NCBI RefSeq assembly: GCF_009914755.1
Contig: NC_060927.1
DNA length: 64,000 nt
Source of the DNA: the human T2T-CHM13v2.0 reference genome, Homo sapiens
Strand: one strand, 5' to 3'
Both the position numbers and the translations under genes were made by a program. The notes under the pieces are model-generated. The model saw nothing but the letters and a program-made list of their open reading frames with translations, was not told the origin of the DNA and did no database searches. Below, piece after piece: positions 1 to 14,145 of this stretch. Within the stretch, counting starts at the first letter, position 1, and each line of letters starts with the position of its first letter.

Positions 1-80
1 AATTTCTAATAACAAGGCCAGGTCTCTGAGTATTAATCTCGATGTTCTTTCCCTTCGTCCCCCAACCCCTCTCTCTAGGG

Positions 81-255
81 CAATGATTTCCAACCTTGGC
101 AGCACAGCAGTAACATCTGGAAAGTTGCCTCTAAAAAGTACTCATTTCTGGGTCCCACACACTGATCTTCTGGTTTAATTGGCCTACTGATGGAACACAT
201 ATGTCAAAAAATGCTTAGGTGATTCTAATGTGCAACCAGAATTGAAAAGAAGTGG
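81..255. mobile_element. MER5-type hAT-Charlie MITE (degenerate)
   Basis: caatgatttccaaccttggc start, internal ctgggtccca...ctggtttaattgg and ggtgattctaatgtgcaaccag end resemble MER5A/B. Confidence 0.6.
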
Positions 256-434
256 CCTAGGCCCATGTTCTCTCCCTGAGCACACAAAGAGCCTGAAACA
301 AAAATTCAAAAGAAATGACCCATCTAAGAGCAAAACGAAGGCTTGGCTTTAGGACCAGCTTTTCCCTCCAGTGAGATGAAAGGCTAGGCTGGAGAAAAGA
401 AGCAAGATGAGGACAAGAGTATGAGCAGTACAGG

Positions 435-802
435 TGTATAAGTCCATTTTCACACTGCTATAAGGAACTATCTGAGACTGGGTAATTTATAAAGAAAGGA
501 GGTTTAATTGACTCACAGCTCCACATGGCTGGAGAGGCTTCAGGAAACTTACAATCATGGCAGAAGGTGAAGGAGAAGCAAGCACCTTCTTCACAAGCCG
601 GCAGGAGGGAGAGAGAACAAGCGGGGAAGTGCCGCACTTTAAAACCCTCAGATCTCGTGAGAACTCACTCACTATCATGAGAACAGCAAGTGGGAAGTCC
701 ATCCCCATGATCCGATCACCTCTCACCAAGTCCCTTCCTCAATACATGAGGATCACAATTTGAGATGAGTTTTGGGTGGGGACACAGAACCAAACCATAT
801 CA
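435..802 (-). mobile_element. MSTA-type MaLR solo LTR
   Basis: tgtataagtccattttcacactgctataag...gggacacagaaccaaaccatatca is the reverse complement of the MST LTR (TGATATGGTTTGG...TAATACA). Confidence 0.92.
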
Positions 803-1789
803 ATAGAACATCCTTGAAGTGGGAAGAAGAAGGGGAGCTTCTGTTGCAGAGGACCTAAAAGAGGTATGGAGGGTCTTCCAAGGCCAGCCTGGCCTTCAGC
901 GTGGACACTTCTCTCCTATCATCCCCCATGTACCACTGGGGATCAACTTGGCCCAAGGGCACCAGATGCTCATAAGCTCTCCAGGCAGCAAATACTCTGT
1001 GTTAAGATGTGGGCATGAGGGGATAACCCAGTTCTGACTAAAGTGGAACTTGAGAGGACTGGTGAGAAATTTCCCTGTGGGATCACTCTGGCTTGTTATA
1101 TTTCTTTGTTTGTATCAATTACCCTCACTGCCCTAACCTTAAAGGGAGCTTCACAGGGAGGATAAACCATTTTCAGCATCCACAACCTCCATATTATTTC
1201 AAGGATTTATATCCCATATTCTTCCCCCAACCAAATATGTTGTTTAGTGATTGAGTCTGTTTGAAAAAAAGAAAACTAGACATGCTTAATCATATGGTTT
1301 TATACTGTAGCTACTAATGTCAGAACAGAATTTTAGATTACCATGGATTAATTAGTTCAGGCCCATTGCAACCCAGGGATATTTTTGCAACATCTAATCC
1401 ATTTCTAAAACTGTGTTGAACTCTGAGTCAAGTTTCAGATACTGAAAGACTCTATTTCATTATTTTAAATAGGAAAAGAATGTATTCCCAACCCATCCAA
1501 AATCCCTGACATATTGCCCCAAATATCGCTAAAACCCTTGAACACCTATAAACAGTCCACCAAAGATTTCTACAGAATGCAAACATTTAAAACACCAATT
1601 ACTGAATTATTGAACACTTACTGAACTCATTAGTGAGTACGTTTGTGTATAATACTCAATGGTTCTAAACAATATTAGATGTAAAATACATATTTTTTCT
1701 AGTCTGCCACAAACATGTATTTACTATATGTAAATAAGCAATATAATAAAGATACTAAAAAATACCAGAGCTACTATCTAAATTGGATG

Positions 1790-2030
1790 AAGTTGGGGTA
1801 GTTTGGGGAAGGGCATGGGAGGTGCCAGGGGAAAGGGAAGGTAGTAAAGGGCACAATATCAAGCAAAGCTCCACAGAGGGTAACTTGGAGTCAACGCCAC
1901 AGGGACATTCAGAGATCATGTGGGTCATACTTCAGAGGTGCTCCAACAGAGAGTAAGGAGACTGAAGTATTTTCCCACCCCACCTATCCATCCTTGGTTA
2001 AAGGCTGCCTTAGAGGTAAAAGATTCTAGT
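1790..2030 (-). mobile_element. Old ERVL LTR fragment (LTR41/LTR16-like)
   Basis: taaagggcacaatatcaagcaaagctccacag...tatttttcccacc...ttggttaaaggctgcc resembles the reverse strand of ERVL LTR consensus. Confidence 0.45.
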
Positions 2031-5000
2031 TCTTTGAGAACAAGAACTAGAGAAGGAGCCACAAGATCTGTGTCCTTCTCCTACTTCTTCCACCTGCAGG
2101 CCATAAGACCTGTGGCAAGCCAATTTGCTCTGTTCTACCTCAGTTTTCTCACATTAGAAACACCACCACTCGCTCTGCCTTTGTCAAGAGCAGTTGCAAG
2201 GATTAGAAGTTAGCATGTATGAGAATTGTGTCATAATACAAAAAATGCAATTTGTTGCCGTTCACCATCAATAAGACATGTCTTTGATATGTTTTCCCAT
2301 TCTGGTATATTTTGGGCCAAACTCTGTGGTGAGTTATTAAATATTAAAAGACTTAGCATTTACCCTCAGGGGGATTTCAAGGAGACAGACATTATAAATT
2401 CGTCTGTACAACATATAAATAAATTATTACAGGCAAAACAAACTAGAAACATCTAACAATATAGAACCAATTTCTTTGCAAAGCTATAGAACTTTTATTC
2501 ACATACAGCCAATATTTACTGAGCATCTCCTATAGCAGCTACTGTTCCAAGCATTGGAACGCAGCAGTAAATAAAAGAAACCAAAAAGTACAGTACAACT
2601 GGAAGTTGCCCATTTGCCAGAAGGCCTGCCAGTTCAGAGAACAGCTGATTAATAAGCCACTTTTGAGTGACCACTTGACACCCCAGGCCACATGGGTTGA
2701 TTTTTGTAAATGTAAAATTTTGCATGGCTGTGACTTTCCCAATAGTTTGTTTATGCTTGTTTTTCTGATTCCCTCAAACCAAAGCCGTCTTGGTATCTTG
2801 TGTTAAGGTATGCCTGCTTCCAAAGGCTTTAATTGGGCCTGAATAAGTGGTGATCTCAACTGGGACCACTTGTTCACATAAACAAGAATACATCAGTGCA
2901 GTTTAGCAGATCTGAACACAGAAGTTTTTACACATTTATGAGCACCCACGAGGAGGTTTATAGGAGGTATCACAGACAAGTAGACTAAAAGAACTGTCAA
3001 GCAGACATCCTATGGAAATTTTTATGGAAATATTTTATGGAAAGTCTGGTCTAAGATTTCAGTAAGGAGAGAAGTGGAAACAAAAAGTAATATTTGGGTA
3101 TTTTCTGTAATGTCAGATATTTTTATCACTCTCATACCCAATAAGGAAGAATGGCCTATAATCTACTTGGTGAAGATAAAACTACGTCATTAAATGAGCT
3201 GATTTGTGGGGGCAGGAGAAGAGAAAGAGAGTGCATGGGAGCATAGTTCTTTATTCTTGCGTCAGTAGAAGCTGCTTGCCCAGAATAACTTCTAGGCTCT
3301 CGTGCATACAATTAGGGACTAACGTAGAAGTGAAGGGACAATATAAAATGTTGCCCTCCGACTTAATACAAGGGGTAGTTTCATCTATGGCAAGAGGTAA
3401 TGATCGATCATTTATCTTGCATCTGTATATAACAACACAATCCTCTATTTTCAGCTTAGAAGTCATCTGCTGTCAGAGAAATAGCCTGACTCCTGCTTCC
3501 ATCCAAGTCTAAGAGGGGCATTTCCTATATACTGACACTCCGGGACTCTGAGTTTCCTCTCATGGCACTTATATCGCAGGATCATAATTGCCTGATATAG
3601 ACCTATATCTCCCTATAGACCCCATAGACCCTTCTCTCTACAAACCCTTCTAGGCTAGGAGCTCCATGAAAAAAGTTGTAAGTTCTATCTTATAACTACG
3701 GCATACAAACGTATGACCTGTATTTGATATATATTTGTAGAATTGATGGACGGAAAAATAAATTTTGAAAGCAAACACTGCATAACATATATACAAATAC
3801 CTTCTGAGAGCAACTGAAGGTAGCAAAATCAAATAACTAAAGTTCTTCAAACTGAATTCTTCATAAATAAGGAAAGCAATTGTCTAGTGGGTCTGGTGGG
3901 TAACTAGACTGTCTAACTTATCATTATCTCCCTATCCCGCAGAAGATGCTTTAAAAGAATTGAATGAAAAAACAGTTGACTAAGTAGAGAAGACAGAATA
4001 GAACTCTCAGAGTTTCTCTTGTAATGCATCTATAATACTGGTTGCTTAACTAATTCTGATGCCTGTCATGGGTCTTCATTCCCTCCCAATTAGCTTTTTT
4101 ATTCAGTCTCAGAAAAAGGCCATCAATCTTCCATAATCATTCCCTTCCTAAGCAAACCTAAGATGGAGATTTCTTGACTCTTCCTGAAGTCAATCAAAGC
4201 AACAATATAATCTCTCCTCTGAGTATGCCAGATGAAGCCATTCCCATGCCGTCCTTAATCTTAATAAGATTTTACTCAATATTTCATTAAATGAATTCCT
4301 TAAGGAAAACAAGCATAAGCACAATTTCCAGTATCCAGTTTTATCCACTTTGGCTCAAATACATCACTAAAGTATTAAAGAATCTTCTGGTTATAAACCT
4401 TCTCTGTCTGAGTTTTTATGTGTTCTCTTTCTAATTCAGCCATTTTTTGATAATTCAGTTGATGGCACTGTAGAATGGAAAACAGTCTTCGTGGAGTACA
4501 TCTCCAGTAGAATTTCCTAAAGAACTAGTCCACTGACTCCCTTCTTCATGCAAAAAAAAGTTGAGATAGATATTTATTACTTCTGTTCACTTTCAGATGG
4601 TATTATTTTAGACCTGGAAATCCATACTATGTTCTAATGAGCCCTGCTTTTCTTTATCGAAGTCCAGCCACAGCATTAAGTTCAGTCATTGGAGAATCCA
4701 GTCTAATTTTCCATGCCCTCACCAATCATCTATTCGATTCTGGTCGTATTAAAAACAAAATGAGAGGCAAGATGGAAATTGAAAACTTTTTCCTCTCATT
4801 CTAGTAAATTTAGATTTCAGATTTTCTTCTAAGGCTTAATTTTAATGTCTTTTAGTGTGCTAATCACATATTTGGGGAAAGGCTAATAAATGGGTTTGTT
4901 GAACAGAAAACCCTTCTTTTTCTGGGTGTTTGTGATTTTTCTATTTCCTAGATTTTTATCTCACAGCCTCATAGACCACCATTTATATTTAAATCAGTTG

Positions 5001-5217
5001 TTCTAACATATAAAGTGGGGGACAAATTTATTGTTCAGTAAGCCACATAGGCTAATTAACATGACCTATGGTCTTAATTTTGCCACTGTATTGGACAATA
5101 TCAGTGTTCCTTCCAGGCAACTCAGACACCATCCCCAATTATATATCTTATTATTGTCTCTTTATGCAGCACCTCCAACTTTAAGCCTCATTCCCTTTTG
5201 TGTATGCATTTGCTACC

Positions 5218-5603
5218 TGTAGCAATTTTCCAGACACTGCTTTTATGCTACTGGTACCTGCTGGGGCCACAGTCTAGGGCTTCAGATGCCTGGGAATTTA
5301 TATGTCCCTTGGGAGACCAAGGGAGGAGAAACTTACCAATGACTATGCAAGCCCAGCTGCCTTGTCTCAAGTGGGGCCATTTGGAGACAGGTTCTCAAGA
5401 ATCCCCCTGTGGGATCATGCTGAAGCTATCCTCACTGGGACATTACCTGAGACTGCACGCTCTAGCTTGGCCTTCTCTCCTTCCCTGCCCTGCTTCCCCA
5501 ATATCATTAGTGATTTCTTTGGAGAACATGTCATTAATGAATCACTTATACATGAATCTAATCTCCCTATCAGGATCTGATTCTGAGGAAACATCCTAAC
5601 ACA
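5218..5603 (+). mobile_element. LTR16-family ERVL solo LTR
   Basis: TGTAGC start, gcccagctgccttgtctc, gggatcatgctgaagctatcc, cttccctgccctgcttcccc, polyA-signal region taatgaatcactt, ends cctaacaca. Confidence 0.7.
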
Positions 5604-5862
5604 GCCAAAAGACACAACTATTTTGTGAACATCACAAATGATCCAGTAATAATAAGCAGTGGATTTGCTGATAGCATAATAATTGTCATTCAGATTTCAA
5701 AGGATGACTCCAGCTAGAAGCATGAATGATGAATGCTTCTAAGTAGTATTTTAGAGTGACTAACAAGATATATTGTTAAATTTAAAAACAAAGATGGAAA
5801 AAGTATGTACAGTATGCTATTTTATCTCAGAAAAAGGTAGAAATAAAATGCATGTACGCTCT

Positions 5863-6223
5863 TGTTTTGACTGGATGTTTATGTCCCCTCTTAGATTCAT
5901 GTGTTGAAGTCCCAATCCCTAGTATCTCAGAATGAGACTGTATTTGGACACAGGGTCTTGAAAGAGGTAATTACATTCAAAGGAGTTCACCAGGGTGGGC
6001 CGTAATCCAGTATGACTTATGTCCATATGAGAAGAAGAAATTATGACACAGACACATACAGAGGGACACAAGGAGAACACGGCCAAGGAGAGAAGCCTCA
6101 GAAGAATCCAAGCCTGCCAACACCTTGAACTCAGACCTCCAGAACTGCAGGAAAATAAACTTCTGCTGGTTAAGCCACCAAGTCTATGGTGTTTTGTTAT
6201 GGCAGCCCTGGCAGACTAATACA
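5863..6223 (+). mobile_element. MLT1A-type MaLR solo LTR
   Basis: tgttttgactggatgtttatgtcccc start, tatttggacacagggtc, aataaacttctg, ends tatggcagccctggcagactaataca. Confidence 0.88.
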
Positions 6224-6224
6224 C

Positions 6225-7490
6225 AAAGTTCTCTGACCAAAATACAATGAATGTAGAAATGATAAACAGAAATAAATTCAAGAAACACATAAATATGTGT
6301 CAATTAAACAATACACTCCTAAATAAACTATGGTTCAAATAAAATTAAAATTAGAAATAATAGAATAAAAGGAAAATCAGAAAATAATTTTAGATTAGTG
6401 AAAACTAAAATACAACATACCAAAATTTACAGGATGCAGCTAATGCACTGCTCAGAGCAAAATGTAAAGCTGTAAATGCCTATGTTTAAAAGAAGAGACC
6501 TCAAAGCAATAACCTAACCTTCTACCTTAAGAAACTGAAAAAATAGAAGCACACTAGATCCAAAATAAAGAAAGAAAAGGAAATAATAAGGATTAGGGCA
6601 GAAATAAATGAAATGGAGAAAAAAAGACACTAGAAAAAAATAACAAAACCAATATTGAAACCTTGATAAGACAAACATAATTGGCAAACTTTTAGCTAGA
6701 CTAGCCAAAATAAAAAAGAGAATATTCAAAATACTAAAATCAGAAGTTAATACAGGGTGTCACTATGTATAATGTACAAATCAAAGGGTTATAAAAGAAT
6801 ACTATGAACAACTGTGTGCCAACAAATTAGATAATTTAGTTGAATTGGATGCTCTCCTAGAAGACACAAACTACTATTTGTATTTTCTTGACTCAAGAAA
6901 ATACAAAATATATAGATAGACCTATAACACATAAAGAAATTGACTTAGTAATCAAAACATTTCCCACAGAGAAAAGCCCAGGCCCAGATGGTTCACCACT
7001 AAATTCTATCAAACATTTGAAGAAGAATTAACTCCAATCATTCACAAACTCTTCCAAAATACAGAATAAGAAGGAATACAGTTCAGCTCATTCTATGAAG
7101 CCAGAATTACTCCAGCACCAAGTGCAGACAAAGACATTACCAAAAAGAAAAATAATAGAATAATATCTCTTATGAATATAAATACAGAAAGTTCAACAAA
7201 ATACTAGCAAACTGAATCCAGCAACATATAGAAAAGACTATATACCATGACCAAGTAGGATTTATCCCTGGAGTGCAAGGTCAGTTTAACAAGCAAAAAT
7301 TAATCAAAGTAATGCACAATGTTAATAGAATAAAGGTAAAAAATATATGATGATCTCAATAGATGAAGGAAAAGTGTTTGACAAAAATCTAAAACCACTG
7401 CATGACAAAAACAGTCAAGAAACTAGAGATGGAAGAGAATGTCCCCAATCTAATAAAGGACATCTATGAAAAATCCACGGCTAATATCTC
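6225..7490 (+). mobile_element. Old L1 (L1M) ORF2 fragment, disrupted
   Basis: A-rich with L1 ORF2 hallmarks: gaaaagcccaggcccagatggttcacc, ttctatgaagccagaattactc, tataccatgaccaagtaggatttatccc. Confidence 0.9.
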
Positions 7491-8902
7491 TGTTTTTAAT
7501 AATCATATTGGCAATAATTATTTTTGTACTCTACTTCAAATCCTGGCAACCAGCTTGTTTCTCTAAGTTCCATAGTCATCAAAAACAACCAAGGTTTCTT
7601 GGAGAAATGTCTGATTCCAAATCTGTGACATGATGTATAACATGAAGTCAGAGCTTATAAAGTGAAAAATCTTTAAAATCACTGGGTTTACATCAGAAAA
7701 ATTTTGAAGTCAGCTGAAACAATTTGAGCATACATAGAAAAATGGATCAAATATCAAAGATGCTTAAAAATGTCTGAATTCATAGATATAAAAAAATAAA
7801 AACCTATTGCTCACCTTTGGAGAAAGCTAAGAAAAAAACCTCACGTTGAAAACTAGTAAATAAAGGAAAAGAATCAAACATTTAAGTTGCTTTTCTGTAT
7901 AAACTGCCCTTCAGAGTAATCAAATAAATGAAGGAAAGTGTGTCTTTATAGAAATATTCTGGCTAATAAATGGGAAAAATGATAGAATTAGAACTTCACC
8001 ATTTTAATACCCTTAATGAAATAATGGACAGGCAACAATAATTAATGGCTGTTAACATAATAAAATGGAATAGTTGGACTTTATATGCCTCCTGATATAA
8101 GTATCTGTCATAAAAATTATAGCTGAATCTGACCAAGTCTCCAGTTCTATTATTAATAAAAAATACAGAAGACAAGATAAATGTTAAACATCGTCATAGG
8201 CATGCAATAAGAAAATCCAGATTGTAGAAAACTCTACAGGAGTTTTTTCAGGACAAATGATCCAGTTTCTTTAAATAAGTAACAAAGTAGCACAAAGGAT
8301 GTGAGGAAGAGATGGAAAAGATACTTTTGTAAGGTACTTAAACTACACATGAAGTGGCATAATATTATTCAAATCACTAAAAATATTAGAAAAGGAGGTA
8401 TAATTAATTAACCAATAGAATCCTAAAAAAAAATTCAATTAACCCAAAAGCAGGCCAAAAAAGTAGGGAAAGATAGATGGACTAAATCAAACACAACTGA
8501 GAAGCAGTAGATTTAAACTCAACCATGTCAATTATTACATAACATGTAATAGTCTAAATATTTCAAATAAAGACAAAGATTTTCAGATTGGATACAAGGG
8601 CAAGATCCAACGATAAGCTGTCTAAAACAAGCCTACTGATAATCAGTTAAAGGTAAAATGATGAAAAATTGTATGCCATGCCAATACTAATCAGAAAATT
8701 AGAATGGCTACATTAATATCAGACAAAGTACATGTCAGAGCAAGAAATGTTATCAGTGACAAATAGAATTCACCAGGAAGACATGACAATCTTAAATGCA
8801 TATATGTCTAAAAATAAAACTTCAGAAAGTGAAGCAACAACTAATAGAACTAAAAGGAGAAATTGACAAATCCACAATTATAATAAAATATTTAACACCC
8901 CT

Positions 8903-9295
8903 TAATATGGTTTGGCTCTGCGTCCCCACCCAAATCTCATCTTGAATTGTAATCCCCAGATGTTGAGGAAGGGACCTGGCAGGAGGTGACTGGATCATGG
9001 GGGCAGTTTCCCCCATGCTGTTCTCATGATAGTGAGTGAGTTCTCAGAAGATCTGACAGTTTTATAAGGGGCTCTTCCCACTTTACTTGCTCCTTCTTGC
9101 CTGCTGTCATGTAAGACTGTAAGACGTGCTTGCTTCCTTTTTGCCTTCTGCCATGATTGCAAGTTTCCTGAGGCTTTCTAGTCATCCCTCCTGTTAAGCC
9201 TGTGGATCTGTGCGTCAATTACACCTTTTTCCTTTATAAATTACCCAGTCTCATGCAGTTCTTTATAGTAGTGTGAGAATGAACTAATTAATACA
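8903..9295 (+). mobile_element. MSTA-type MaLR solo LTR inserted in L1
   Basis: taatatggtttggctctgcgtccccacccaaatctc...aattaataca, with perfect 5-bp TSD CCCCT (8898-8902 and 9296-9300). Confidence 0.93.
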
Positions 9296-9722
9296 CCCCT
9301 CTTTCAGTAATTGATAGTATAAATAAAATCAGTATGGATATAGAAGACATTACCAACATCATTAAACAACTTGACCTGATTAACATTTTTGGAAGACTTC
9401 AACCAACAGAAGCAGAATACGCGTTGTTTTCCAAGTGCACATGGAACATTTACCAAGAGAGACTGCAAGAGACTGCATTCTAGGCCATAAAACAAATATT
9501 AAAATTAAAAAAAATTGAAATCAAGCAATATATATTTTCTTACTCTAAGAAATTTACATAGAAATCAATAACAAAAATACCAGGACATCCTCAAGTATTT
9601 GGAAATTGAACAACACACTTCTAAATAACCCATGGATAAGACAGGAAGTCACAAGAAAATGGAAACATATCTGGACTTGACTGAAAATGATAACTACATA
9701 TTAAAATTTGTGGGATGCAGCT

Positions 9723-10084
9723 TGTATTAGTTGGTTCTCATGCTGCTGATAAAAACATACCTGAGACTGGGTAATTTATAAAGAAAAAGAAGTTTAATGG
9801 ACTCATAGTTCCACATGGCTGGGGAGGCCGCATAATCATGGCAGAACCTGAAAGGCATATCTTACATGGCAGCAGACAAGAGAGAAGCAGAAACAAGAAA
9901 AAGGGGTTTCCCCTTATAAAACCATCAGATCTCATGAGACTTATTCACTACCACAAGAGCAGCATGGGGGAAACCACCCTCATGATTCAATTATCTCCCA
10001 CCGGGTCCCACCCACAACATGTGGGAATTATGGGAACTACAATTCAAGAGAAGATTTGGGTGGGGACACAGCCAAATCATATCA
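9723..10084 (-). mobile_element. THE1 (THE1B-like) MaLR solo LTR inserted in L1
   Basis: tgtattagttggttctcatgctgctgataaa...ggggtttccccttataaaaccatcagatctc...cagccaaatcatatca, with perfect TSD CAGCT (9718-9722 and 10085-10089). Confidence 0.93.
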
Positions 10085-11149
10085 CAGCTAAAACAATGCT
10101 TCATGGTAAATTGTGGCATTGAACGTTTATATTAGAAGAGAAAAACAGTCTCAAATCAATTATATGAATTTTTACCTTACTAGAAAAAGAACAGCAAATT
10201 GAACCCAAACCAAGCAGAAGAAAAATAATTAGCATAAATCAATAAAATTCAAAACAGAAAAATAATAAATATAATTATTTAGTCCCAAAAGCTCGTCTTT
10301 TGAAAAGACTAATAAAACTGATAAACCAAAGCAAGACTGACAAAGAATAAAAAGAGATGACACTTATTATTGAAATGGGGAATAAAAAAAGAAGACATCA
10401 TTATAGATCCCAGAGGCATTAAAAGGATAATAAGGGAATATTTTATGCCAATAAACTTGATGACTTACATAGCATAGACAAATTCCTTGAAAGAAACCAG
10501 CTGTGAAAGCTTACTAAAAATGAAAGATAACATGAATAATCCAATATATATTGAAAAACTGAATTTGTAGTTTAGAATCTTGCAACAAAGACACCAAGCC
10601 CAGGTGATTTCACTAAGAATCCTACCAAACATGTAAGGAACAAATGTTATTAATTCTACACAAACCCTTCCGGAAAAATGAATGAGGGAAAACACTTGCC
10701 AACTCAGTTTATGAGTTTATTACCCTATAAATACCAGTCAAAAATATTATCAATAAAGAAAACTGCAGACCAATATTCCTCAAGAGCATAGACACAAATG
10801 TGTCTCACCAAAATATTAACACATTGAATTCAGCAGTACATAAATTTCAAGGGATAAAACTAAAATAAAGATAAACTTAGATTTAAAAAAATTAAGTACA
10901 CGTCAACTAGAAGCTTCGTGTAGATCATGTTTAGATCCTGGTTTTAACAGAAAAAAAAAGAAATTTGAATTCACTCAACATTTGTTGATATTAAGGACTT
11001 GTCAATTTCTTCAGCATGCTAATAGTATTATGACTGTGTTTTTGAAGAGGTCTTTGAAAATATACACTGAAATATTTAGCCATACATGCTGGAAAAAACA
11101 CAGATAAAGTAATATATTCTCTAGAATTTGCTTCAAAATAATCTATATT

Positions 11150-11449
11150 GGCCAGGTGTGGTGGCTAACACCTGTAATCCCAGCACTTTGGGAGGCCGAG
11201 ATGGGCAGATCACCTGAGGTCAGGAGTTCGAGACTAGCCTGGCAAACATGGTGAAACCCCATCTCTAATAAAAATACAAAAAAATAGCCCATCATGATGG
11301 TGGCTACCTGTATTCCCAGCTACCTTGGAGGCTGAGGCAAGAGAATCACTTTAACCCAGGAGGCGGAGGCTGCAGTGAGCCCAGATTGCACCACTGCACT
11401 CCAGCCTGGGTGACAGAGGGAGAGTCTGTCTCAAAAAAAAAAAAAAAAA
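11150..11449 (+). mobile_element. AluS (Sx-like), full length
   Basis: Dimeric Alu with cacctgaggtcaggagttcgag, A-tail and TSD core aatctatat. Confidence 0.95.
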
Positions 11450-12187
11450 TCTATATGATGAGATCATGAGGAATGGGAGGGGATATAGATGAAACAAGAC
11501 TGGGTGTCTGTTGATAAGTGTTTATGCTAGGTTCATTACACTATTCTCTCTACTTGTATATATGTTCAAAATTTTCCATAACATGAATTTAATATAAATT
11601 TAATATAAATTTAAAATTTTTAAAGTAAGTGAATAAAAGTATTGCTCCCTAATACATCCCTAAGAGGTCCATTCCATTAAAGAACAGCCACAGGCCTGCT
11701 GAGCTATAGATCGTTTTTCCTCTACTCTGAAAGGAAGCCATTTGAAGTCTAAGTGCCAAACACATGCCCATCCTCCCATTGGTTGATGATGAAAATAGTT
11801 AAAAGCTTTCATATTTCAAGGCGTTTTGACATAATGGTTGTAAATTAAGACTTCCTTTCTTACTGATAATATTTTTCTGTTTACATCCCAGGAAAATCAT
11901 TTTACAATTTTTTCTTTAACACTTACAAGGGGCCAGGCACTCTGCAAAATCTCAGAGATACAAAGTTGAAAATAAAATAAAGAGGGTTTTTCTATTCAGT
12001 ATCTACTGTGCAACAAACACTGTAATGAATATCATTTCATTGTTATTATCATCTCCAATTTGTACATGAGAAAACAATGTTAGTAACTTGATTTGTGGCC
12101 AGAAATATGTGTCATTGTTTAAACAGCTCATTTATAAAAATAGGTAGGATGCTAGGTTTTCTTGCTTTGTTTTATTTTTTTCTATAC

Positions 12188-12403
12188 CATGGTTCAGTAA
12201 ACTTTTCCAGTGAAAGACAAGTTACCAGATATTTTAGGCTTTGCAGGCCATGAGGTCTCTGTCACATTCTCCTTTGTTTTGTTTTGCTTTGTTCACAACC
12301 TTTTAAAAATGTTTTCTAAAAAGACAAAATTCTTTGCTCTTGGGCTTAAAAGCTTACGCCATGGGCCAAATTTGGCCCACGGGCCACAGTTCACCAACCC
12401 CTG
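12188..12403. mobile_element. MER58-type hAT MITE
   Basis: tattttaggctttgcaggccat and gggccaaatttggcccacgggccacagttcaccaacccctg terminus. Confidence 0.8.
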
Positions 12404-13679
12404 GACTAGACTATGGTATGTTTCATTTTAATTCATTTAGAATACCTCATTTCATTGAAAGACTCCACTATACCATATAGTACTAATCGCCGTAGAAGGC
12501 ACAGCATGAACACGTTTTATATTTGCCATCTGATCATTGTTCTTCCCTAGAAATTTTGCTAATGGACTGAGAATGTTAGAAGCAAGGTAATGTCAAGTGG
12601 TAACCTGACCCTTAAAGCATGATTTTTGCAATAATGTTGTCCAAAAAAAAAGTGCTTATCTTAATTCTATAACAACTTCATTCATTCCATGGTTGCAACA
12701 ACAGATAATAAAATAACTGGACTAGATCAAGGTAATAAAACATGTCTGTCTTCACAAGGCAGATAGAAAGTTAGGAATCAGTAGCTCCTATTCAAACACT
12801 CTTGAAGCACAAAACCTAAGTCAAGATTATACTTAGGATTCTCTGCCAAACTAACCACATCAAAATAAAGTGTGTTCTAAATTAAAATAGATACGGCAAA
12901 ATAAAATGTGAAGTTTTCCTTATTGCCCCTATTATCTTCTATCCCATCTCTCATTGCCCTCAGAGGCGTCACTTTTCCTTCAGAGAATTAGGATTGCTCA
13001 ACAGGAGTGCAAAATGAAACCAATAGTGCTTTGGTCTCTAGTTGCTAAATCAAATTTTAAAACCATAGCAAAAATAGCAGTCCAAAGACCAAAGCATTTT
13101 ATTTTTATAAAGCAGGCTTCCTGAGAAAAGAACAATTTGAGAATCCAGTGTTAATACTTGAGTAAGCAACGCCTGGGGTTTATGCCCTGAACAAGTGATT
13201 GAAATAAAAGAAAAAGATCTAGATTTAAGTAGACAAGGGTTGCCCAAGCTCATCTACCAAGAGGGAAGAGACATGGAGGGGCAACTATTATGGAGGAGAG
13301 TCATGAGGCCAGACAGGGTCATGGAAAGAGGAGGGGAATCTTCTTTAAAAGAGTGCCAGCCTCTGCCTATATAGACACTTCCTTTTTAGCACTGATGAAG
13401 CACAGGGAGCCTGGCCTAACTTAGCAATGCACTGCCGTGGAACTGTGCCCTGAGAGTTGTTTGTGCCAAGAACAGCTCAGTGTGCAATTTCCATCTGCGG
13501 TGGCTAGCAGGTCCCTTGTTGATCATCCAGTGACAACAATGTCCATTGATGCGCTGAGTTTGCTCAGCACAACCAAAACAAACAAGGTGGGACAGATTGG
13601 AAGCAGCTTGAGACTCAAACTCCCCACCTCCCCTCACACACACCACTCTCCAGCAAAAGCAGTGCTGAAGCCCCAATTC

Positions 13680-14145
13680 CAGGTGTCACGACTGAGGTTC
13701 AGGGAGAGTGTTAGATACACAAGGACACACTGCTAGCAAATGACAAAGCTGGGATTCAAGCCTAGGTTGGTCCTGCTCCAAAGCTACTGCTCTTAACCTC
13801 AGCATTATGCTGCCTCCCAAAATTCATTTCAAGCCTAAATTTCCATAATGCTTCTTTATGAGATGCCATCTGCCTAGAATAAGTTTAAGAAGAAGAAATC
13901 TCATTTTTATCTCAAATACCCATGAAGTTCCTTATATACATCATTAGTATACTCAAAGTTTCTTGTATATGATAGCTCACTTAATCCCCACAACCACATA
14001 TGGGGTAAGCAGTGTTGGGAGATGGGAATTGGACACTCAAGCAGGTTAATTAATTTAAACCAAGGTCACACAGCTAGTAAGCAGCGGAGCCAGGATCTAA
14101 GCCCAGATCTGGCTGATGCCAAAGATGTTTCTCTTTTCCACTATA
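13680..14145 (-). mobile_element. Two MIR fragments
   Basis: gactgaggttcag...gctgggattcaagcctagg and ccaaggtcacacagctagtaagcagcggagccaggatctaagcccag (MIR core, reverse). Confidence 0.7.

Larger units (their letters stand above)
8330..11620 (+). mobile_element. Old L1M ORF2 5' part plus L1MC-like 3' fragments, interrupted by MSTA, THE1 and Alu
   Basis: Endonuclease-region sequence (aattattacataacatgtaatagtctaaat; ttaatatcagacaaagta; caagtgcacatggaacatttacc) is continuous across the inserts. Confidence 0.85.

Noticed and set aside
3011-3043. Three copies of TATGGAAA (NFAT-like), and similar tiny duplications at 49075-49116 and 54870-54912
   Set aside because: Short slippage duplications in AT-rich DNA with no supporting context.
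5198-5615. Three overlapping ORFs up to 133 aa
   Set aside because: They coincide with an LTR16-family LTR and resemble no protein I recognise.
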